A DNA stretch of 58,860 bases, counting the filler, from Sphacelaria rigidula (Eukaryota): assembly GCA_964200075.2 (NCBI GenBank). It is 8 parts of 8 records of this genome, joined end to end, with 100 filler letters (N's around TTAATTAATTAA, not from the genome) between each part and the next. Parts side by side here need not be neighbours in the genome. Positions count along the whole stretch, not along the records: positions 44,223 to 51,491 come from CAXNAA020015693.1; positions 51,592 to 58,860 come from CAXNAA020015694.1; 6 more parts are not named here. One strand, written 5' to 3'. The position numbers were made by a program, and so were the translations under genes. This document shows, one piece after another, positions 47,382 to 58,860 of this stretch; position 1 is the stretch's first letter, and every line of letters starts with the position of its first letter. Below the pieces are notes generated by a model that had not been told where the DNA came from, ran no database searches, and saw only the letters and a list, made by a program, of their open reading frames with translations.

Positions 47382-48386
47382 TCTCGTGACTGTTGATCAA
47401 CAGTAGCAAATGAACAAAGGAACTCGAAGGCTTGATATCTTCTAATTCTCACTTGTTATTATCTTGCTCGCCTAGCGTACTGTTCTCACCAAAGGTAAGC
47501 AGTAGGAGCAGAATGGTCCAGCTCGGTGGGCAGCTCAAGCGTGAGCGAGGGTGCATGAGGTACATGCAACGCAACCTATCTGAACTCGACCCGAGAAGGC
47601 GTTTTACCTTCTCGGGGCTAGGGTACACCCGTCTGCACACAGTCTGCACACAGTTCTGCATACCAACCTTCCCCAGAGCCATGGGAGTATTCCCGTGGAC
47701 AGATCGAAATGATCTGTGAGCCAACCTGCCCTAAAATTGTCTGCAGGAACAAATATCGCCTCTCTATCTTCCTCCCTCATGACACTCACCCACCCAGACG
47801 AACCTCTATTTGAGTTGCGATGAAATCTTGAGAGCAACTAAAATTGAGGCTTGTCTCACCCATCAAGTCATGGAGAGACAACGCGAAAACAAAACAAGAG
47901 GGCATGACCAGCCCATGCCCGATCCTCCCACACCTCAAACAAGAAAACCAAAGGTGCCTCAAAAAGCGCAATTACGCAATTGCGGTTGACTGCGCAGTAG
48001 CACCCAATGCTGCTGCGAGCTAGCGAACAGACGGGAAAAAAACACACAATGCTTTGACGCGCTAGCTAGATAAAAAGCAAAGGAAAACCTCGCAAAGGAC
48101 ACAGTGGCAATCTCAAGCAGGGAAACAGAAACTCAAGGACCCGAATTGGGTCGAGTGCCAGCCGCAGAAAGTGGTGGCAGCGTAGAGGCCAATGGAAGGG
48201 GAGGAAGGGGATCCAAAGGAAGTCGTCGAAGGGGCCGATAAGGCCAGAGATGAGCCGCGATAGGAGAGTTATTGTAGGTGAAGCAGTGAAGAAGAGAGCG
48301 TACCTGAGTGTGGACAAGGGAAGTACCGGAACCAAACTGGGGGGGGGGAGAAAAATCGCGATAGAGGGAGTTCAAAGAGATAGGAC

Positions 48387-51300
48387 TCAAGATGTGCATT
48401 CATGTCGTGTGTACGATCGATACTGCTGAAGGCCGCGGCGTGAGCCGTGTGACTTGAAGCGTTGTAGGCACCGAGAATCGCGGGGTGCGGAGGTGCTGGT
48501 CGTGTATAAACTGGGGCGAAGCTTGAGCTGAACGGGCCCAGGGTGGTCGAGGAAACGCACGATGTACGTGTCGGCCGTGATGGCATCGACGGAGTGGATC
48601 TGACCTAGCCACCAGAGGTAATCGCTGCCTTTATACCACAAATAGGCACCTTTATGGAGCGGTTGTTGTTTCGCGCGAATCTTTTCGTCCCATTGTTTGG
48701 TGGGTACGAGTTCGTAACCATCGGCTACAAAACGTAGTCCTTTATCGCGGTGGAGTTTGCGGGCCGCAGCACCGCGTCTCATGTTGCGATATCCCTTGTT
48801 GTCAGCGAGCTGTTGCTGTGGAGATTGTGTCCAATAGAGAAGGATAGTACGACGGTGCAGTTAAAGGTCTGGCTCGCGTTCCCAAGAGGCACGCCGAAGA
48901 CCTTGCCAGTGTGTTTTCTACGTAACAGCATTGTTGCCGCCAGGACTTCGAGTGATTTGGTGGCCGGAAGTGTGGGACACGGCCAAGCGGAGAGGTTGTT
49001 CAGTCACGTCAGCGGTGGTAACGTGGTACGGTGGAGATTTTGTTGAGTAGCTGTTGAGCACGTTTTGAGTGAGACCTGCAGGCAGGTATTGAGGCATGAC
49101 AGTAGTGTCATGCGGGTTCTTGCAAGGCTTGCGACGATGCACAGAGACGCGAGATTTAGCGTCATGTCCGTGGAGGTCACGAGGTAAATCGAGGTAGAGG
49201 AGTTTGTCGCTAGCAGACTTGCCGTCAGGAGACGTCGGTGAGGGTCCGACTATGAGAATTTTGAACGGATCCGTCCAATTGAGGGACAGTTTCGTCTTCA
49301 AGACTGTTGCCTTGGCAGTGCGGCCAGCGCCTTGACGGATGGTGGACAAACTGTTGTAGATCCAGACCCAATCGCCGATTTTCCAAGTAGGGCATTTGTG
49401 CATCAAGTTGTAGAGGGCGATATTGGATCCTTCAAGGCGTGAGGCGTTGATAGCGTGCTGTTTGTGCACCAAAGTGAAAGCCTTGCGCTGACGAGTCCTG
49501 GCGAGGTCGTGGCAGGACATCTGATCCTGTTCCAGACCTTGGTGACCATCGAAGGTATGTCTTTCGAGAACGGTGATGGGCAGGCGAGGGTAGCGTCCAA
49601 GATGCAGCTCGTTGGGCGAAAGACCGGTAGCCGCGTTAGCCGAACTCTTGTAAGACAGCATGACATGCGAAAGATGAAGGTCTCAGTCATTCTGACGGTC
49701 GTTCACGACCATGGATAGCATTTGGGCCATCGTGTGCTTCACACGTTCAGTTCCACCGTTACCGTTAGGGTGGTAGGCGCTCGTGGCAATTTTGCAAATG
49801 CCGAGGAGCTTGTACAAAGCATCCGAGAGTTCGGAGCAAAAGTGTTGACCATTGTCGGAGAGGAGCCGTTTCGGGCAGCCATAGTGCATAATGTAGTCAT
49901 GGACAAGAATGTCTGCTGTGCCGGCAGCATTGAAATCGCTAGCAGTAACAGCGCACATAGCCGCGTGACGGCTGAAGCGATCGGTGAAAAGTAGAATGTA
50001 GGTATTACCATGGTCAGTGTAGAGTGAAGGGCCGAAGTAGTCAAACGATACGAAGTGACCAGGAGCGTTTGGAAGCTCCATGGAAATCACCGGCCATCGT
50101 ACAGTCTGTCGAGAGGTTTTGCGAGCCTGGCATTTGAAACATCGTCGGATCCAAAAACGCGTGAATGCTTCCATGCCGATCCACCAATAAAAGCGTTCGA
50201 AGAGCGCTAACGTGCACGTGACGCCCAAATGGCGGGACAAATCAGAGACCATTGACGCATCATGAGAGGGACATAGATGCGGACAGGGGCATCATGACGC
50301 AGATAGATGGGCGGGAGCGGCAGCTGTTACTGCGGCAGCCGTGCCCAAATGGGAGTTGGGTAGGCGAGCAAGCTCGCGAATATAGTACCTTTGCGTGCCA
50401 GCTCGAGCACTTCAGAGGCGATGAGGGCGGGTAGAGTGCCCACGGGGGTCAGGATCTCAGCCGGGAAAGGGGTGGGGCAGTCAAGCCGTAAGTACCACAT
50501 TGTCGCGCGAAAGAGCAAACCCTATTGTTGGTCGCAAGCCCAATCGCGGTGAGAGTAGCTAGCGAGAAATTCTCGAAGTTGTCCTTCAGCCGGAGAGCCA
50601 ACCAAACATGGTGGCTCAGGGGGGGGTGGCACAGGTGAAGAAGCAGGGGTGCCGACGTCAATATTTTGGTCCGGAAGCGGATCTGACGCATGCGGATCGC
50701 GAGTCACAGACGCAGGTGCGGGGAGATTCCCAGAAGGCTGCGGGGGGGTAGCGCGAACTGGTAAACGTGATCGGCGCGTTGGGTGCGCAAGGGGCGCGGA
50801 CTTTGTCGGTACAACAGTGGGCGCGTGGCCGCTTGTGGTAGGTGGTGTACGGCTCGTGGGGGCACGAGGCGGCGGCGGCGACACATTGCTAGAAGCGGCC
50901 GGCGGCGGCGGCAGTATCACGGCACGCGAACAATTTGCGCGAGCTGCCGACCGAGAACGCGTGTTGTCGGAGATGAGGTAAAGCGTTGGTGGTGGCGGCG
51001 CCGAGATGTTCGCCCGAGAGCCGAAAATGCGGAAGTCGGCAAAGTCAGCAGCTGTGGGCGCTAAGCCATCCAAAACTGCATCAGGGGGCAAAGAGCACCC
51101 CCCCCATGTGTAGACCTGTTTCAGGGCATTGCAGGTCAAGCGCGTAGATGGGCGTAGAAAAACGCCGAGTGGGGTAGATGCCTGGTTCATCAGGTTCGAT
51201 CAAGCGGTAAGCGGGACTAAAATCTACCGCTGTAGGGGGCAGAGGCAATCGCGAAAGAAGGTCGGCATTGCCTTTGGTTTTGCTCGGACGCTGTTTAACA

Positions 51301-51400
51301 GTGTACTGGTAGGCAGTCAAAAACTCCAGCCACCGTTGTACGGGGGGGGTTATGTGTTGGAAATATGCACAGCCTGGCTGTTTGCATTGTGTGAGTTTTT
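48387..51400 (-). mobile_element. Degenerate Ty3/Gypsy LTR retrotransposon pol: RNase H end, proline-rich spacer, integrase, chromodomain and Tudor-like domain
   Basis: VQRWLEFLTAYQYTVKQRP..KGNADLLSRLP; HLGV..FYWWIGM..CFKCQARK; VSFDYFGP..FTDRFSR..LLSDNGQHF..AYHPNGNGGTERV; NAATGLSPNELHLGR; KTHWQGLRRASWEREPDL. Confidence 0.93.
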
Positions 51401-51491
51401 CCTCTAGTAGCAAATTAGCGGGATAACTAGTTGCGGTTCGGGTAGTTGGATAACGACACAAATCTAACCCGAGATTCCGGGTACAAGTACC

Positions 51492-51591
51492 NNNNNNNNN
51501 NNNNNNNNNNNNNNNNNNNNNNNNNNNNNNNNNNNTTAATTAATTAANNNNNNNNNNNNNNNNNNNNNNNNNNNNNNNNNNNNNNNNNNNN
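51492..51591. other. Artificial contig spacer
   Basis: N44-TTAATTAATTAA-N44. Confidence 0.99.
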
Positions 51592-52946
51592 CGTCACGTT
51601 CACGTCACGTGTCACGCTGTGTCACGTGTCACGTATCCCTCCCTGAAAAAGAGCGCTTACTACATCCCCAACAGGTGAAACGTGGCTCATGAGGGCAACA
51701 GCGGCTGTACAGAGTCCAACCGAAACGCGATTACTGTGTTCATGACGGGGCCCTGGAAGCGCTTCCTCCTCGACGTGTCCCTTTCTTCTTCCGCCTAGGG
51801 CGCGCACGGATAAGAGAAGCGTCGTCCGGCCGCGGGTGTCACGAGCAATAAGCGCGCCATGTCCAGTATACAGCGAAAAACAAAGGAGGATTGATTGTTC
51901 AGGCAAAGAAACACCCAGCGGGGTAAACGTATCAGAGCTATATTCGCATAAACCAGAAACCAGATCGTGATCTTCCTTTTGTTCAAATAATGATCCTGCG
52001 TCATTTTGTAGTTCCTACAGTTGGCTCGAATGACGGACTGTACGGTCGATGAACCCCCCCCCCCAGAATGCTGAAGCCTTTACTCGTGGGAACAATATGC
52101 CGTGTCTTTTTCGCCGATGCCGGCGATGAGGTTACAATAGCCTCACATTCGGCTAATTGACAAAATCGAGGCTTTCCTTTGTATTCGCCCACCATAAACT
52201 TTCGATGGAAGTCTGTAACTTGGCGAGGTGCAATGGAATTGTAAAAAATACAGTTGCTCCAACGGGTAAGGGTCTCAACGTTTATTCAGGGTGCGTTGGC
52301 TGAATAAATAGCCCATTTTTCTGGTTAAGACTGCAAAAAACTACCATGTATGGTCCAGGATCTCAAAAAGGGGTTGTGGTCCAGAAATAAGCGTTTCGCC
52401 ACGTGAAACATTTGGAATCTGTCCCAACTGTAAGTGAGTAGTCACGCAGTCAACAACCGAGAGACATGGTGACACTCCAAATTACATGGCATGCTAGTCG
52501 TCGAGATGCTATTTGAACCAGTGCAATGGACCATCAGCTATGTTGTCCATCACGATGACTGCATGGCTCAGAGGTACAAGAGATTGCAAGTAGATCGTGT
52601 AGTATATTGATCTACCCCTGCAAGTGAACTCCCTGCTGGTTACCCTTTCATTGAGACACTCACTGTATGTATGTCTATCGATCGGGTGCTAACTTTTATA
52701 TATACACGCATGTATGAATGCGCTACTCATGCTCTGCGCAGCAGTGCCTCCAGCAGCGTGACAACACGAACTACTGTACAGATCGAAGTCCTGGGACTGC
52801 GTGCTCACCCAAGCGACTCTACTGCCGCGTCCCCGGTGTCCCCTGCCGTCTCAAGACTGCCCCCGTCGCTCCACAAGGCTGGACACGCCTCCTGAACGAT
52901 TTCGAAGCCACCACCAACCATCAGCAACTAGAGGATATGGCGTTGA

Positions 52947-53207
52947 GAGCTATCCTACGATAGGGGGGGGGGTATTTTGGGCCACTTCTTGCACAAAACT
53001 CCAAGTCAAATCATCGTTGAAAGCAGCAACGGATGTTCGAGAGAGCTTGTCAAAGATGGAAAAAAAAAACGCCAATTCATACTGCTTGACACCGTTTTGA
53101 ATCAAATACAAGCGCAACGCGAGTGTGGCAGGTCATCTGACTCACCCATGAACCTCTTTTTTCGTGCAATAAAATACCTTTCCCCTCCCCCTATCGTAGG
53201 ATGACTC
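52947..53207. mobile_element. MITE with 4-bp TSD (TTGA), Kolobok-like
   Basis: TTGA|GAGCTATCCTACGATAGGGG...GGTATTTT and AAAATACC...CCCCTATCGTAGGATGACTC|TTGA. The same right end opens contig 6 (36853-36878). Confidence 0.7.
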
Positions 53208-53721
53208 TTGATAGGAAAAATAAAGGCGTCTTGTAACCCGCGCTCATGCTCGCACACTCCATCATTACGCACATTCGGAAGTTTTTATACTCCCTTGACC
53301 GCGAAGTTAGCATCAGCTGGTTACCATACATATATTATTTGAGGTCGATGGCAACTGTATTTCTAATGGCACTGATGGGGTCGTCAATCGCAGATTTACG
53401 GTTCACGAATCGACCGCCTTCTTCGCACTCGATATTCGGGGACGTACGTAACACCTTAATATCTGTTTTTGTCTCATGTAACTGCTCACCAGGAGTTCGC
53501 CGTATCGGTCACGAACCGGTCGCTTCAGCAGGGACGCCACCAGTTGATCAGAATGCAGAAGGAGGCACGACAAAAGTGACGGGAGGGTTACCCGCTCTCC
53601 CAGTCCCCCTCTTCGCGCCGCCGCTTCGGTCGTACGGCCGTCCATGTACCTTGGTGACGAGCGGGGGTGGTGCGAAGATCGAGGACGAGCGGAATCCAGG
53701 AGACGGGAAACAATGAAGATC

Positions 53722-54420
53722 TGTGATGCCCATTTCGGATATCATATCCTCCATCTAGGATACCATCTCCATCTTGCAATATCGACCGATATCAATCTGA
53801 TTTGTGCACATTCACGTGGGATATCCATGTGGAATGTTCATCTGGGATATCGTCGTTGATGTGGAGTATCCATCTTGGAGTTTGTTCCCCCTGAGGCATG
53901 AAAGATTGATTGTTCTCGTCAACCTCAAGTGAATCTGTGAGTTTGACTCGTTTATTGCTACATCGAAGTCGTATTATTCTGTTTTTTGGTTCGGACATTC
54001 GGCGCGAAACCTTGTGATGGAGGTATAGACAGACAGCCAACACGAGGGTCTATTTTGAGCTGGGTACAGGGTTTTTGTAATAAGAGGACCACCCTTTCCC
54101 GCCTTATGGTTAGGGTTTAAGGATAGGTTTAGGGGTCGGGGTTGGGGTAGGGATGGGAAAATATTCATAGGTAGGTTTCCATCTGGGATATCCCAACTTC
54201 AGATGGACATCCTGTATCGATATCAAACTCCCAGATAAGTATTCCTCAACAGTATCGCAGGCTGATACCCCACATGAGTATCCATATCCCACATAAATAT
54301 CGCATATGAATCTGGCATCCCAGATGGACATTTCAGACGGTTAATCATATCCCAGATGATTGTCGCTATTCCCGATGGAGGTTGCAGGATGATGCAGGGA
54401 TCCCATAAAATATGGGGCAC
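53722..54420. repeat. Repeat element with GATATCC/CATCTGGGA/TCCCAGATG motif arrays and an internal telomere-like tract
   Basis: Recurrent motifs at about 53730-53880 and 54175-54420, with TTAGGG-like sequence at about 54108-54152. Confidence 0.55.
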
Positions 54421-54432
54421 GGGGGGGGGGGG

Positions 54433-54784
54433 TGTACTCATGATCATGCATGCCGTAGTCATAGGACCATTGACCTCGCATGGGGGGCGGGGCACTTATG
54501 ATCTTGCATGCCACGGTCATATGACCATTGACCTAGCATTCCTACAAAGCCGGGACGGAGCACGCCGCATTTTCGTCGAACCAGGCTCACAACAATCGCC
54601 AAGCGCGAAGGGTCGTTATGTGTTCGGCGAGTCGCATGAAGGGTGAGCTGCATCCTGCTCAGATTGTTGGGCCCGAAGCGTACTGATTACGCTGCATGTA
54701 GATGACAGCCTTCAATGAGTTGCTTCATTTTCTGGCATCGTCACTTCCAGAGACAGCCACGGGTTCCACACTGCCTCATGGGTG
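54433..54784 (-). mobile_element. Two tandem family A copies (48-bp stub 54433-54480 and full copy 54493-54784) separated by a G-run
   Basis: G12-TGTACTCATGATCATGCATGCC...GACCTCGCA-TGGGGGGCGGGG-CACTTATGATCTTGCATGCC...CTGCCTCATGGGTG. Confidence 0.85.
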
Positions 54785-55003
54785 TCTCACCATGTAAACA
54801 CTACGTAGTACGATCATCCCCTTTGCGCGGAATCGAGGGCCCCCCCCCCCCGCACAAAAATGATCTAGCTTGACTACCACCATGGTTACCGCAAAAAAAA
54901 AACAAGCGCACATAAAGCAACGGTAATCTGGTTGCCTAGCTTACGCAGTGAGTGGTGTGTTTTACAGCGTCATTGCCAACCGACGCCAACCCATTAGGGG
55001 TTT

Positions 55004-55058
55004 CATCCCTACAAAGCCGGGACGGAGTTCGCCGAGTTTATGCCGGACCAGGCTCGCA
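55004..55058 (-). mobile_element. Family A internal fragment
   Basis: CATCCCTACAAAGCCGGGACGGAG...GCCGGACCAGGCTCGCA. Confidence 0.7.
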
Positions 55059-55189
55059 CCACGGTGGGGGATAACAAAACCCCACCGCACAAGTCCTGGA
55101 GGAGCGAAAACATTAGCTCAAGCTGCGCCAGTCGGTGGTCAGGCTGCCCCTCACCCGCAGTGCGAGCGATCTTTCGCTTGGACGTTATT

Positions 55190-57680
55190 CTGTGGGCCAA
55201 GTATGTCGTCCTTCGCTATGGAAGAACTGACCAGGGAGGATATAGCGGGAGCGAAGGGTCTCCGGCCATTCGCTCGTACGAATGCACCGGTCTCCTCGTC
55301 CGACGGCAGCGGATCATCTGGAGGCTTGCTGCCAGCGGCGAGGAGACTGATGAGTTGTCTTACAAAATTGAGCAAGGGTCAGTCGAGGCACTGGGGCTTG
55401 GGGGGTTGCAAGCGATTTGGCGAGGCGCTGGCTACATTGGTCCGTGCTCGGGCGATGGCGACCATCCTACATTATGTGTAACGGTATGTCGGGCGCTCTG
55501 AGTGTCGCCGAAGGACGTCGGCCAACGACACGAACGGACAGCCTGATGTCTGACGACATCACCAACGCATGAGACTAGTTGGCTCTCTTGGCGGGACCAG
55601 CCGTAGGAAGGGGAACGGCGGCAACTATAGATCGGCCATCGTAATGGCGGAAAGTGAGACAAGACCATCACCCACGGATTGAGGTACGAGCTCTTCAATT
55701 TCTAGGAGCTAGCCACACCGTGGGCGATCACAATGGTGGGGGGTTATCAACTTGCGGGGGTCGATACGGAGCGACCATTAGTAACGCCTGATCTAACTCT
55801 CATGCTTGGTCGTGCCTGGCTTAAAGCGAAAACTGTCCTCTATTAAACAAGCAACCTGAGACGGTGCTGTATCTATTTCCAACATGGATGACCCAAGGCC
55901 GGAGAAAAGTAACGTCACCGTCCCGCCCCAAGAGCTGAAGAACGACGTGTTGTTTCCGACGGACCCCAGGGGCGGTGCGCCGAGACTGGCCATGCAAGCT
56001 GCGGCTACCGCCGCGCTATGGCATTGGTAGATGGGGCACCTCAACCTCAAGAACCTGGACCTCAAGACTAAAACTTGAGATTGGGATGGGCTTCGGTGGA
56101 AAGATACCGGACTGCGACGCTTGCGCCCTGGGGACTAGTCGCCAGCTGGTCCACTCCAAGACGACCGACCACGAGGTTCAGCGTGCATCCCAGCCGATCT
56201 TCACAGACCACCTCGGGAGTACTCGGGGGCTGCTAGTATGTCTACTAGTTCCCCTGCGAGTTCTCCGACGAACGCACCAAGTGGACTGAGGTTTACCTCG
56301 TGAAGGTCAAGGACGGCGTTGTCGATGCATTCTGCTCGTTCGCACAGCCAACAGGGAATTCTAGCAGGGATGGGTGATTGAGGGTTGACAAAGGCAATGA
56401 GTTCCCCGGCAGCAAGTTCAAGGACTACTGCTGTCAGACAGCATTTTTGCTGGAGTACGCTGTCACCAATACGTAACAGCAAACCAGCATGTCAGAGCGC
56501 TTCGGAAGGGCGCTCGCGGGCATGGTCCTGTGCAAGCTTGCCGTGGGCGGACTGCCAACGTTTTCCTGCGGTAAACCGATGTTCATGGCAGCGTACCTGG
56601 AAAAGAGGGTGTGGCATTCCTCACTCAACGTGAAATCCACGTGCGAAGTGCTCAAGGGAACAGACCCAGGCTCGTGGCGCCCGTGTGTGTCATTGGGCCG
56701 AGGGCCTCTGCACACTTCGAGAGGCGCACCACAAAACTCGCACTCCAGGCAGTTGAAGGACGATTGGTTGGGTACAGCAGCGACAGCAACAGCTACTGCG
56801 CTTTCAACCCGGGATATATCATGGCGAGCAACAGGGTTATTATACTTGTCGCGCTGCCGTCACGCCTACTTACCCCGCCATCAGGGGAACCTCAGCTTCT
56901 GATGCAAGGGCTTCCATCCAGCGACGAGAAGCCCGGCGGCAACACAAGCCACAACGACGCCACAGACGACTGCTTCCTGCACGACCTTCGTGGCGAATTT
57001 TAGATGTTGGATCACCCCGCCGACGCCACTACCGATCACGTCAATGCCAGCTGACTTGCGAAGAATCGACAAGGGGGTGGACTTTTGGAGCGAAATCAGC
57101 GATATCACGAAGGGGGGTATACTGCATGGCGGTGTTTTGCCCCCGGGGGGAAGGGTAGCGGGAATTCCGAAGGACGGCAAATCCTCCGAGCAACCCGTGC
57201 CACCTATTCAAGAAGGGGTTTCTGAATAGCCAGAATAACCAATATCCCCTGACATCGGCTTCGGAGAGGCACTTCTGGCCCGATCATCGTCGCCTCACCA
57301 TTAAGGACACCCGCGACACCAAGTGACGCCGGCCTTGACACGTGAGAGCAGCGCAACGAGCTCCTTCAGGCAGAAAAACGCCAGCGACAACTGAACCTCT
57401 ACTCCTCTCGCCGCGATCTCCATGGACGACACGCTATCCGAGCTCGGCGACTGGGCCTCTACGCCAGGGCGTTCTTACTTGGTGCTGTGCACGAAACATA
57501 TCGAGTGGTGTCCTGCGTTGAGTATCTCTGCGCCACGACCAACGTCTAGGACTCTTCGGCGGGGGAGAAGTTGGAGAAACGTTTGAGCACGTCCGAAGTG
57601 GCTACGACCCAGTCGATTACGGCGTTCTGGAAGGCGACCTCCGTCTCGACTGGAAGCGTGGTCACCGGCTTTCGATAGGT
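55190..57680 (+). mobile_element. Degenerate Ty1/Copia LTR retrotransposon (gag/protease remnants and integrase)
   Basis: LWHW*MGHLN (GAG-pre-integrase), CDACALG, TKWTEVYLVK, LRVDKGNEF, SERFGRALAGMV..AAYL, and KLALQAVEGRLVGYSSDSNSY. Many stops and frameshifts; boundaries are approximate. Confidence 0.88.
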
Positions 57681-57721
57681 CTACATAGTCACGGCGAACA
57701 AGTCCTCAGAGGAAGGAACCG

Positions 57722-58211
57722 TTGCCCTCGGATGAGGACAAGTATCCGGCGCCGACAGCGGAAGCACGTCCGCTACGGTCTGCAGGCTTCAGAGCAACAT
57801 GCGCTAGAAGTGAAGTAAAGACTGGAGTATTGGCACCTAACAACAGCATCGCTTCTCTGGACGTCGAAGTTGGGGAAATGGAAATGGAAATGGCGTCCGG
57901 AAAAGGGATTGGCCGATTGGTGTACCATCTCAGCCACCGAGGCGCCAACGAAGTGTGAAAAGCTTTCAGCAGCATGCAATAAAAATGCTGAATGTGCTGT
58001 GCTCAACGTTACGAGACAGCTGCAAGGCCTGGGGATGGAGTTGGCGGCAAGCACGTACATACAAGACCTATGTACAATGCTGAAGGGCGGTTACGGCTTG
58101 TGGGCCATTTGCGAAGCCAGGAGACTGATCGAGGAAATTCCTGTCGAGATCGTGATGAAACTTGGACGTCTCCTGTTGCACGAAAATTGGGCGGTGCAGT
58201 TGACACGTCTT
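57722..58211 (+). pseudogene. Two phase-compatible exon-like segments of an unassigned, probably decayed gene
   Basis: ...GKGIGRLVYHLSHRGANE|GTGTGA...GACAG|LQGLGMELAAS...WAVQLTRL|GTAAGC. Downstream coding-like sequence at about 58465-58745 contains stops. Confidence 0.35.
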
Positions 58212-58860
58212 GTAAGCCTATAGAAAGCAGAAAAGCCACACGGTACGTACATATTAGAAACAATTATTGAGATCAAAACAGAAGAAAAATGACGAACAGT
58301 ATAATGTTTCTAACACAAGGGAGCTAAGGACTAAAACGACGTAACGTGTATTTCTGCTCACACATTTTGCGTCGCGTTGTTGTTCGGCAGAGCAGCCGTA
58401 TTGCCAAAATCGTCAGTTTGTATACGCATACCTCCCCGTGAAATGGAGGCCAACAGATTGTCAGGTGGAAATCACTGGCTAAGTAGTTCAGATGTTATCT
58501 GGTGGTCGTGTTGGCGGGCGAGGATGCGGCCCAGACAAAACAGAGGAAAACCTCGAACGGCAGCGGGAGGAGGGCGATGGCCGACGAACTCCTGAGCGAT
58601 AGCGATAGTGCGGTTCTCAGCAAGGAGTACCACACGTAGATTGCAAAGATGCTTGTCATCACTTTCAAGGGCACCTTCCCGTTATGTACATCAAATGGGG
58701 GCGATTCTCTCGAGCGTGGCGCCAAACATCTCAAGCTATTCGTGTGAGATTACCCCTGCGGAGAATGTTCGTGTTTTGGTCATTTCTACAGTAGCAGATA
58801 TCCTTCGGGATATTGTACGATATCGTTCGGGTCATTGCAGTATCATAACAGAAGAATTAT

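Noticed and set aside
47176-47452. ORFs with CV/HT dipeptide runs
   Set aside because: Artefacts of the (CA)28 microsatellite.
48060-48386. 3' LTR of the Gypsy element
   Set aside because: No second LTR is present for comparison and no clear polypurine tract or TG...CA boundary was found.

Overview
This is eukaryotic genomic DNA, most likely from a brown alga (Phaeophyceae). That call is inferred from intron style, TTAGGG-like tracts and the repeat repertoire. The window is not one locus: it is eight contigs in descending length order (7271, 7271, 7270, 7270, 7270, 7270, 7269, 7269 bp) joined by seven artificial 100-bp spacers (N44-TTAATTAATTAA-N44). Host gene pieces are the 3' exons of a TBC1D23-like gene, a 7-exon LRR + IQ + Sfi1-like-repeat gene, the last two exons of a WDR31-like gene, and a few unassigned exons. 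The rest is mostly mobile DNA: an internally deleted RTE-type LINE, a degenerate Ty3/Gypsy whose integrase ends in a chromodomain plus a Tudor-like domain, a degenerate Ty1/Copia, a tRNA-derived SINE family, and hAT, piggyBac, CACTA-, Kolobok- and Harbinger-type non-autonomous elements. The strongest candidate for an undescribed system is a pair of retroelement families: a CCHC-bearing LINE and a ~295-bp partner. They share a 3' end that runs into oligo(C) rather than poly(A), most copies abut G/C homopolymer runs, and about 12 pieces occur across 7 of the 8 contigs. A tRNA-like Pol III head embedded in a ~75-bp palindrome and a decayed intronless repeat-domain gene also stand out. All homology calls were made by eye, without database searches.
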